From assembly GCA_025839675.1 (NCBI GenBank), contig CP104013.1:2190001-2222000 (forward strand): a DNA stretch of 32,000 bases, given 5' to 3'. This document shows, in pieces, positions 25,249-32,000 of the stretch (position 1 is the stretch's first letter; every line of letters starts with the position of its first letter). Origin of the DNA: Candidatus Lokiarchaeum ossiferum. Its GTDB lineage: Archaea; Asgardarchaeota; Lokiarchaeia; Sigyniarchaeales; Promethearchaeaceae. The notes beneath the pieces are model-generated. The model had not been told where the DNA came from and made no database searches. It worked only from the letters and a program-made list of their open reading frames with translations. A program made the position numbers and the translations under genes.

Positions 25249-27558
25249 ATGGTTCTTCAATCAAAACAAAATTCTTTCTATGAATCCCAGAATTCAACTA
25301 AAGATTCATCCCAGCTCCTAACAGAACTAAGATTTCTATTAGAGCATTCGGTTGAAGCCAGAAAAGTAACATTACGTGAATATTTTTCTCTTTTACTTAA
25401 ATTTAATCAACAAGGTTCAGCAAAAAAATTAAAGGATCATTTTCATGAAGATAACTTCAAAGAATCATGTAAAACATCTCACAATCAAGCCTTGTTAGAA
25501 ATTATTATGAGAGTTTTTTCTGAATATGAATCTATGTACTTGGATACGAGTGAAGAGATTCTTTGGCATATAATTGAATATTTAATAGTCAAGTTAAGTG
25601 ATTATCAATATTGTACTGAATGTTTCAATTGGCAAATAAGTGAAATTCCGCGAATGTCAAAAAAAAATGAGAAAGAAAAGCAGAAAAAGTGGTTCTGTTC
25701 TTCATGTCAGAATCGGGTTACTATTTTTCCAAAATTTGAGTTATTTCCAGATTTTCTTGAATATTTCATAAGATTGAATAGTGATGTCTCTAGATTTAAG
25801 AGAATAAAAAAGAAACTCTTTAAAAAATGGAGTAAGGGTCTATCATTTAATTCTAAAAAACACCAACATCTAATAATATTATTTTATGAGTTGTTTGAGG
25901 ATCTTTATTCCTATGCTAAAAAACAATCGGATATAAAAGGAATTTACAAAATATGGTCAATTGGTCAAAAATTTAACTTCATATCACTCTTTAAAGAAGA
26001 TCCCGCTTATGTGTTTGTTGCTGATCATTTAGTGAAACAAATAGAAAGAGCGGATTTTTCAGATTATTCGATGTGTTTGGATTATGTTGGGAAAATGGCC
26101 CCACCGGGAAAATATTCGATTCAAGATTTTCTTTTGAAAGGTGGGATTGAAAAAAATATTGTACGAGCAGTAAGTACTTGTGAACTCGATAAATTTCAGC
26201 ACAGTTTTAATTTTGGGGTGAACAATGGATTAATTCAACATGAAGAATTTCTTTCATCACCACATTTCAATGCTGCATGCTCTCGTGGATTGTTCTTTGC
26301 CTTGAAGAATTCCCATTTTGATAAATTTGAAGATTTAGTTGATTTAATTCATTTTTATGGTATTAATACACCTGCATCAGGAATATCAAACAGATATCGC
26401 CTAATGGGGGAGATCTTTATTAATTCAATTAGAATGCAGCGATTAGATCGTACCTTTTCAATTCTTAAGTTTGGGCTAAAACACAAATTATATAATCACC
26501 CTTCTTCAAAAGAACGTTTACAGCAGATTAAATCTTTGAAAAGGAATAAACAACTTATACAGTGTCTAAAAAATTTAATGGATATTAAAAATGGAGTAAA
26601 TTTGAATGAAATGCTTAACTTCATTTATTACTATTTACCACCGAAAATATTTGAATATTTCACAGATTTATTTGAATTCATAACCGATGAAGATGAATTA
26701 ATCAATTATATGAATGATTTTGTCGATAATTTTACCCTATATGGACTTTCTTTAAAAAAAATTGGAACCACTTCTCATTTTATGAAGAATATTAAAAAAA
26801 TTCTTTCTACAAAAATACTCTATCAAGATGAAGTAGAAATATTATATTCAAAACGTACGATTCTTCTTTCCCGTTCCAATTTATATGAATTAAGGAGACG
26901 CATCCATTCAAAACAACGGAATTATGAGTTTCTCATGTTGGGAATGGTAATGAAAGGAGGGTTGGGCCCACAAGGTTTTGGTTTTGTCTACTTAACACCT
27001 CGTGGCGAAATGGTAGAAATTTGTTCAGATTCTAAAGCAAATGATGCATATATTGTCCATTTTAAACAATTCCTTAAAACAGACTTTATTAATGAGCTAG
27101 AAGCTAAAATTCGCACGCTCTCTCTGACTATATATCAACGAGAACGCCTTTTGGAAATCTTAGAAGGAAAGTTGGGATATTCTCAATTAATAGGATATAA
27201 AAAGGAACAGTTTATTTTACACCAAGTCAAGGATTTTTTGGAAGATGAATTCGACTTTAAACGAATTACATCTGATGAAATATCCAAACTATTTCATTCT
27301 CTAGAAAATAAAATTCATGCCATTCTATCACCAGTATCACTCGTTGATCAATATAGATGCAGATTAGATTTAGTAACACAAGGAAAAGTCAGTCCAGGTG
27401 ACATTGCTAAGCTTACCAGTTTGGGAGAAAAATCTCATTTTGACCTATTGCAAGAACGGTACTTTTATCAATCTATTCTACAAGTATATAAAAAAAAATT
27501 CCAGAATGATGATAGCTTTAGCGATCCGAATGTATATGGTGATATTGATTTAATCTAA
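25249..27558 (+). CDS. Large hypothetical protein (769 aa) with one zinc-ribbon-like CxxC...CxxC motif
   Basis: Uninterrupted 2.3-kb ORF with coding-like composition. 'CTECFNWQISEIPRMSKKNEKEKQKKWFCSSCQNRV' is the motif. I recognise no other domain. Confidence 0.65.
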   Translation: MVLQSKQNSFYESQNSTKDSSQLLTELRFLLEHSVEARKVTLREYFSLLLKFNQQGSAKKLKDHFHEDNFKESCKTSHNQALLEIIMRVFSEYESMYLDTSEEILWHIIEYLIVKLSDYQYCTECFNWQISEIPRMSKKNEKEKQKKWFCSSCQNRVTIFPKFELFPDFLEYFIRLNSDVSRFKRIKKKLFKKWSKGLSFNSKKHQHLIILFYELFEDLYSYAKKQSDIKGIYKIWSIGQKFNFISLFKEDPAYVFVADHLVKQIERADFSDYSMCLDYVGKMAPPGKYSIQDFLLKGGIEKNIVRAVSTCELDKFQHSFNFGVNNGLIQHEEFLSSPHFNAACSRGLFFALKNSHFDKFEDLVDLIHFYGINTPASGISNRYRLMGEIFINSIRMQRLDRTFSILKFGLKHKLYNHPSSKERLQQIKSLKRNKQLIQCLKNLMDIKNGVNLNEMLNFIYYYLPPKIFEYFTDLFEFITDEDELINYMNDFVDNFTLYGLSLKKIGTTSHFMKNIKKILSTKILYQDEVEILYSKRTILLSRSNLYELRRRIHSKQRNYEFLMLGMVMKGGLGPQGFGFVYLTPRGEMVEICSDSKANDAYIVHFKQFLKTDFINELEAKIRTLSLTIYQRERLLEILEGKLGYSQLIGYKKEQFILHQVKDFLEDEFDFKRITSDEISKLFHSLENKIHAILSPVSLVDQYRCRLDLVTQGKVSPGDIAKLTSLGEKSHFDLLQERYFYQSILQVYKKKFQNDDSFSDPNVYGDIDLI

Positions 27559-27997
27559 ATATGGTTATTAAAAAAAAAGAATCAATGGATTTCTATTTTC
27601 TACAGTGCCAATAGCCTTCACCTTTTCTATTTTGAAGGACTTTGATTAAGTGCATGGTAGCGGAGTATTCCAAAGAATTTTCATTCAAGTTTTGATTTGA
27701 GTTTGCTTGCATATTAGAGATTGCTTCCTTACTTATCATAAATATCAACTATTTTGCTAAATTATTATTAATAAAGTGCGAGAATTCTCAAGTAAAATAG
27801 TTATTAATTGCTCAAAAACCTTTAGTTTTAGGAAAAGTATTTATTTGATGAAAGAAAGAATAAATTTCGCCAGAAATTAAAGAGATTTTATCATATGAAA
27901 GTGGAAGCAAAACTTATAAATTTTTTTTTCTTTTAAATTTTAAATTAGAATAAAGGTGAGGTTCTATTTGGCGATTGAATAAAAAAAAATTTATCAA

Positions 27998-29035
27998 ATG
28001 TATTTTTATCTAGGTAGATCATCATTGCCCAAATCATGTAAATTTTTCAGTGAATGCAAGAGTCCTGCCGTATACCAGATACCACATTCTCGATTATCCC
28101 TTTGTCGACAGCATTATTTAAAAAATGTTGAGAAACGTGTGAAAGAATTGATTGAAAAAAAGCATATGTTTCATCCTGATCGCGATGAAAAACTTTTAGT
28201 TGCTGCAAGCGGTGGAAAAGACTCTCAAGTTTTATTGTCGATAATCAAAAAATTATATCCGGTAGGATTGGATGTTGAGGCACTGTATATTGAACTCGGA
28301 ATTTCCCAAGAAAACTATTCTCAAGATTCCGGTATAGTAGCAAGAAAATTTTGTGAAGAATTGAATATCCCATTTCATCAACTCAACGTCAAAGATACCT
28401 ATGGATTCAATATAGACGATATCCATCAGCTCAACGCAGAAGTTGAAGATCGAAAGTGGAAATTTGATAAAGATCCCATGCGGGGGGAATGCTCCTATTG
28501 TGGTACTTTGAAACGGTATATGATCAATAAATTTGCATTTGAAAATGGTTTTACTTGCGTGGCCACAGGCCATAACTTAACTGATGAAACAACTCAATTA
28601 ATGAACAACTTCTTTAATATGGATTTGAACTTCTTGGCAAAATCGGGTCCTGTTGCAGATGTCCATATTCCCAAGCTTGTTCCTAGAGTAAAACCACTAT
28701 TCTTCATCAGCGAAGAAGAAATTGCAATGTATGCATATTTTGCAGATATTGCCCATTTAGGGACAGAATGTGCATATTCCACCCATGTACCGAATATTCA
28801 ATTAAAAAAAGCCCTAAAAGAAATTGAGGATTATCGAAGAGGGAATAATTTAAGTTTAGCGAGAAGATATCATAAAATTATGCAACCAGTTATTGAAAAA
28901 GCAGTCCATTCTGATAAATCAAATGATAAATTATGTAGTGTCTGTGGATTTCCAACTTTTGGCAAAAAATGCAAGTTTTGCAAAACGATTGCAGTTCTAA
29001 CTGACAGATTTCAACAATTGAAAATCGAGTTATAA
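27998..29035 (+). CDS. TtuA/NcsA (Ncs6/Ctu1)-family PP-loop ATPase, tRNA 2-thiouridine synthesis protein
   Basis: PP-loop 'VAASGGKDSQVLL', plus 'CSYCGTLKRY' and 'VATGHNLTDE'. N-terminal Zn finger 'CKFFSECKSP...LCRQHY' and C-terminal Zn finger 'CSVCGFPTFGKKCKFCK'. Confidence 0.85.
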   Translation: MYFYLGRSSLPKSCKFFSECKSPAVYQIPHSRLSLCRQHYLKNVEKRVKELIEKKHMFHPDRDEKLLVAASGGKDSQVLLSIIKKLYPVGLDVEALYIELGISQENYSQDSGIVARKFCEELNIPFHQLNVKDTYGFNIDDIHQLNAEVEDRKWKFDKDPMRGECSYCGTLKRYMINKFAFENGFTCVATGHNLTDETTQLMNNFFNMDLNFLAKSGPVADVHIPKLVPRVKPLFFISEEEIAMYAYFADIAHLGTECAYSTHVPNIQLKKALKEIEDYRRGNNLSLARRYHKIMQPVIEKAVHSDKSNDKLCSVCGFPTFGKKCKFCKTIAVLTDRFQQLKIEL

Positions 29036-29059
29036 TCCTTCAAGGCGACAAATCAGAAA

Positions 29060-29071
29060 TTTTTTATTTTT
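29060..29071 (+). terminator. Oligo-T tracts after the tRNA-thiolase gene (candidate terminator)
   Basis: T6 (29060-29065) and T5 (29067-29071), about 25 nt after TAA 29033-29035. Confidence 0.3.
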
Positions 29072-29112
29072 GGATGAATTTTTAGTATTATTCCTTTTGG
29101 ATTTTTATTTTT

Positions 29113-29188
29113 GGGCCTATGGCTTAGTTGGTAGAGCACCTGGTTCGCAATCAGGGGGTCGGGGATTCAAATTCCCCTAGGTCCACCA
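29113..29188 (+). tRNA. tRNA-Ala (anticodon CGC) with genomically encoded CCA
   Basis: Folded by hand into a cloverleaf. Acceptor stem GGGCCTA/TAGGTCC includes the G3:U70 alanine identity pair. D stem is GCTT/GAGC. Anticodon stem is CCTGG/TCAGG with loop TTCGCAA (anticodon CGC). The variable loop is 5 nt. T stem is GGGGA/TCCCC with loop TTCAAAT. Discriminator A is at 29185 and CCA at 29186-29188. No intron. Confidence 0.93.
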
Positions 29189-29233
29189 CTTTCTCACTTA
29201 AGAAATTTCTGAAGTATCGTTAAAAAGATTTTT

Positions 29234-29836
29234 TTATCTATGAAATTTTTGAATCATTTTTTCGATGATTTTAAGAAATTTTTGGATGGTTGGATGGGTA
29301 AGATCAATGTTTTTTGTTTTAAAATACATCTCCCAATCACTAAGCTCAATAAAATTCTTCATTAATGAAAGATAGTCTTCCTTTGAGTGAACAAATCGAA
29401 TAAATCCATTAGAAATTTCTTCATAGGAAACATGACATCCAATCAACTGATTAAAAGCTGAAGCGAGACGGTAATTTTTCCGTATGGGGTCGATAAGGTC
29501 AGTTCGATAAAGAGTTACTAAATAATTCTGTTTTTCTGAATTAGGGGAAAAATTATAATTGGAAATTTCTGCAATATCATCGAAATTTAAGCCCATTTTC
29601 TGAACTTCCTCAAAAATATAACTGTATATTTGGAAACCATCATCATAAATCTTTTTAAATTGATCTTCTGATTCAAAAATCACTTTTAAATAGGGTTTTG
29701 ATTCCCGTTCTTCAGTAATACACTTTACTCGATCATGTTCCTTGAAAGATCGACTAATTTCATTTAAAAATTGGAGATGGGTTATGTTTTGCTCGGTAGT
29801 AGAGACTATTGATACTTCCAAAACAGGGAGGACCAT
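29234..29836 (-). CDS. Hypothetical protein (200 aa)
   Basis: Clean ORF with an ATG start, divergent from the GNAT gene. No recognised motif. Confidence 0.55.
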   Translation of the reverse strand: MVLPVLEVSIVSTTEQNITHLQFLNEISRSFKEHDRVKCITEERESKPYLKVIFESEDQFKKIYDDGFQIYSYIFEEVQKMGLNFDDIAEISNYNFSPNSEKQNYLVTLYRTDLIDPIRKNYRLASAFNQLIGCHVSYEEISNGFIRFVHSKEDYLSLMKNFIELSDWEMYFKTKNIDLTHPTIQKFLKIIEKMIQKFHR

Positions 29837-29873
29837 ATAATTTTATCAATGAGCCATTATAAAAAAACTTTAA

Positions 29874-30530
29874 ATGTCAAAATTCTTTCATGGAGGTATG
29901 AATGATCGAGCCATTAGCCCAGCCTACCGGATAGAAACGGACCGGATGGTGATTCGATGTTATAACCCTTCGGATGCCCGTTTATTGGCAAAAGCAGTTC
30001 AAGAGAGTAAAGAACATTTACTTCCTTGGATGCCATGGGCGGGAGCAGAACCTGAAGATCTACAAAAAAAAATTGAACGCTTAAGGGGAATGCGAGCAAA
30101 TTTCGATTTAGGGAAGGAATATGTTTTTGGAATATTCAACAAATCTGAAACTGAATTGATAGGGGGAAGTGGACTTCATCGACGCGTTGGAGATAAGGCA
30201 CTCGAAATTGGTTACTGGATTGATGTAAATTATATTAATCAAGGATTTGCTACCGAGATGGCCAAAGCTTTAACAAAAGTTGCTTTTGAGATTGAAAAAG
30301 TAAAACGTGTAGAAATCCATTGTGATCCTAAAAACCTCGCAAGTGCTGCAATCCCAAAAAAGTTGGGTTTTGTACATGAAGCGACTTTACGCCATCGAAA
30401 CGTAACATTTGCGGGAGAATCTCGTGGAACAATGGTATGGTCGATGTTATCAGAGGAATATCAGAATTCTTTCATCCCTCAATTAAATATATCTGTTTTG
30501 GATGCGATAGGGCGGAAATTTGAGATTTAG
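29874..30530 (+). CDS. GNAT-family N-acetyltransferase, RimJ/RimL-like
   Basis: 'RMVIRCYNPSDARLLAKAV...HLLPWMPWA' is an Acetyltransf_3-type N-terminus. The acetyl-CoA-binding region is 'IGYWIDVNYINQGFATEMAKALTKVAF'. 'VEIHCDPKNLASAAIPKKLGFVHEATLR' also fits the family. Confidence 0.85.
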   Translation: MSKFFHGGMNDRAISPAYRIETDRMVIRCYNPSDARLLAKAVQESKEHLLPWMPWAGAEPEDLQKKIERLRGMRANFDLGKEYVFGIFNKSETELIGGSGLHRRVGDKALEIGYWIDVNYINQGFATEMAKALTKVAFEIEKVKRVEIHCDPKNLASAAIPKKLGFVHEATLRHRNVTFAGESRGTMVWSMLSEEYQNSFIPQLNISVLDAIGRKFEI

Positions 30531-30554
30531 ATATTCTTCAAGTTATTTTGTTGG

Positions 30555-30561
30555 TTTTTTT
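30555..30561 (+). terminator. Oligo-T tract after the GNAT gene (candidate terminator)
   Basis: T7 run about 25 nt after TAG 30528-30530. Confidence 0.3.
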
Positions 30562-30644
30562 AGTATCTTAACCCCAAATTTTTTTTGAAATCCTTGTTTT
30601 ATCGTTCTTATTAGAAGTACCCATAACTTAGAAATGTGACTTTA

Positions 30645-32000
30645 ATGAAAGAAGAATTATCAAAAGTATATGATCATCACGCCATTGAAAAGGAATTGTA
30701 TGATTGGTGGGAAAAAGAGGGTTATTTCCGACCCGAAAAAGCTAAAGAATTGGGATTGATTAACCCTGATGAACCCAGTTATTGTATCACACTCCCTCTT
30801 CCAAATGTAACAGGTCAACTTCATTTAGGACATGCCATCACGATTTCCTTAGAAGATTTGATGACACGTTTTAATCGTATGTGCTATAAAGAAACTTTAT
30901 TTATTCCGGGCACAGATCATGCTGGGATCGCCACTCAGAATGTTGTTGAGCGAGAATTATTAAAACAAGGTATTAAACGGAAGGATTTGGGAAGAGAGAA
31001 GTTTATTGAAAAAGTATGGGAATGGAAAGATCAATACCATGCCCGTATTACCAAACAATCAAAAAGCTTAGGAATTAGTTCCGATTGGAGCCGTGAACAT
31101 TTTACCTTAGATGAAGATCTTTCTAGAGCTGTCCGAGAAGCTTTTTATCGCTTATATCAAAAGGGATTAATTTATCGTGGGGAATATATGGTTAATTGGT
31201 GCCCTGGCCGATGTGAATCCGCAATTTCGGATCTTGAAACCGAAGCTGTTGATGAACATGGCCATTTATGGTATATCAAATATCCTATCCAAACCGACAA
31301 GTGGAATGGACCTACGGATAAATGGGGGAGTGGAAATTGGGCAAAGGGAGCAGAGCAATTTATAATGGTCGCAACTAGCCGCCCTGAAACGCTTTTAGGA
31401 GATAGTGCGATTGCTACCCATTCCAAACATCCCGAATATGGCACACTCATCGGTAAACATGCAATTTTACCCGCAGTAGGAAGAAAAGTTGCAATCATTA
31501 CAGACGAACATGTTGATCCCGAATTTGGAACAGGAGCAGTTAAAATTACCCCATCACATGATCCGAATGATTTTGAAGTAGGACAAAGGCATTCATTAGA
31601 ATTCATCACAGTAATGGATCATAAATCCCGAATGCTTCCAAATTTCTGTGAATTGTATACGGGTATGGATCGTTATGAATGCCGCGAAGCGATAGTTGCC
31701 GATTTGGAAAAGGAAGGATTACTTGTTAAGGTAGAACCCCACGTTCATGCCGTAGGTCATTGTTCACGCTGTCATACAACCATAGAACCTCGAGTTTCGA
31801 TTCAATGGTTTGTCAAAACTAAAACTCTTGCTGAAGCAGCCATCGAGAAAGTGAAAGCTAAAGAAACAATCATAATGCCTGAACGGGAAGAACATCGATT
31901 TTATCATTGGATGGGCAATATTCGCGATTGGTGTATCAGTCGCCAACTATGGTGGGGACATCAAATTCCTGTATGGTACTGTAAAGATTGTGGAGAAAAA
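30645..32000 (+). CDS. valS: Valyl-tRNA synthetase, N-terminal 452 codons (continues past the window end)
   Basis: Absent from the ORF track because it is open to the window edge. Hand translation from ATG 30645 gives 'MKEELSKVYDHHAIEKELYDWWEKEGYF'. It includes the HIGH region 'PLPNVTGQLHLGHA', 'PGTDHAGIATQNVVE' and 'YRGEYMVNWCPGRCESAISDLE'. The frame is exact to nt 32000. Confidence 0.93.
   Translation, partial: MKEELSKVYDHHAIEKELYDWWEKEGYFRPEKAKELGLINPDEPSYCITLPLPNVTGQLHLGHAITISLEDLMTRFNRMCYKETLFIPGTDHAGIATQNVVERELLKQGIKRKDLGREKFIEKVWEWKDQYHARITKQSKSLGISSDWSREHFTLDEDLSRAVREAFYRLYQKGLIYRGEYMVNWCPGRCESAISDLETEAVDEHGHLWYIKYPIQTDKWNGPTDKWGSGNWAKGAEQFIMVATSRPETLLGDSAIATHSKHPEYGTLIGKHAILPAVGRKVAIITDEHVDPEFGTGAVKITPSHDPNDFEVGQRHSLEFITVMDHKSRMLPNFCELYTGMDRYECREAIVADLEKEGLLVKVEPHVHAVGHCSRCHTTIEPRVSIQWFVKTKTLAEAAIEKVKAKETIIMPEREEHRFYHWMGNIRDWCISRQLWWGHQIPVWYCKDCGEK

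Noticed and set aside
27593-27739. 48-aa minus-strand ORF (MISKEAISNMQANSNQNLNENSLEYSATMHLIKVLQNRKGEGYWHCRK) in the long spacer after the 769-aa gene
   Set aside because: It is below a sensible length threshold, has no upstream SD or TATA that I could see, and has no recognisable motif. It cannot be told apart from a chance ORF without expression or conservation data.
24860-27997. Long AT-rich spacers considered as a possible replication origin
   Set aside because: There is no orc1/cdc6 gene nearby, and I could find no repeated ORB or mini-ORB-type boxes. Only a single weak 'AGTGGAAGC' turned up, near 27901.
29113-29873. tRNA-Ala as an integration site for a mobile element carrying the adjacent 200-aa hypothetical gene
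   Set aside because: There is no integrase or recombinase gene, and I noticed no direct repeat of the tRNA 3' end downstream in the window. The next genes, a GNAT and valS, are ordinary.
4319-31946. About 35 short ORFs (60-110 aa) in the track that are nested in or antisense to larger genes. Examples: 4319-4528, 5190-5378, 7816-8016, 10797-11271, 12304-12498, 12802-13419, 14419-14747, 15551-15814, 17375-18228, 20593-22597, 22682-22879, 23583-24760, 28253-28782, 29914-30099, 31172-31946
   Set aside because: Each overlaps a longer ORF that has strong motif support on the other strand or frame, and their translations are low-complexity or motif-free. They are shadow ORFs of the kind expected in AT-rich DNA.
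1-32000. CRISPR arrays, IS elements/transposases and rRNA genes
   Set aside because: No regularly spaced direct repeats, no terminal inverted repeats bracketing a transposase-like ORF, and no rRNA-like sequence were seen anywhere in the window.
30645-32000. Calling ValRS 'bacterial-type', as for LeuRS
   Set aside because: The visible motifs (PNVTG.LH.GHA, GTDHAGIATQ, VNWCP..C.....SDLE) are shared by archaeal and bacterial ValRS as far as I recall. Only the N-terminal 452 aa are present, so the origin cannot be judged by eye.

Overview
AT-rich window that reads as an archaeal chromosome segment. The archaeal markers are a top6B-top6A topoisomerase VI operon, SepSecS (the archaeal/eukaryal selenocysteine synthase) and a RecJ/Cdc45-like DHH protein. 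A Sec-using Asgard/Lokiarchaeia-like lineage is plausible but cannot be shown from the sequence alone. All calls come from reading the translations and recalling family motifs; no database search was run. Most of the window is housekeeping: coaBC, leuS, glmS, a TtuA/NcsA-type tRNA thiolase, tRNA-Ala(CGC), a RimJ/RimL-type GNAT and the 5' part of valS. Between these sit lineage-specific hypothetical genes. The left edge carries two divergently transcribed DNA methyltransferases of different classes. One is Mod-like, runs off the window and is missing from the ORF track; the other is Eco57I/TaqI-like. The most unusual locus is topoisomerase VI (13866-19751). Top6B is 1138 aa, about twice the usual size. 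It has an acidic insertion inside the ATP-binding fold, a coiled-coil insertion in the H2TH region, and a Lys/Ser-rich tail ending in a wHTH-like module. top6A is tightly coupled to two uncharacterised genes, one HEAT+SHOCT-like and one longin-like with a Cys/His cluster, which are candidate accessory subunits. LeuRS also looks chimeric, with a bacterial-type core and an archaeal-type C-terminal domain. I saw no CRISPR array, transposase, integrase or rRNA.
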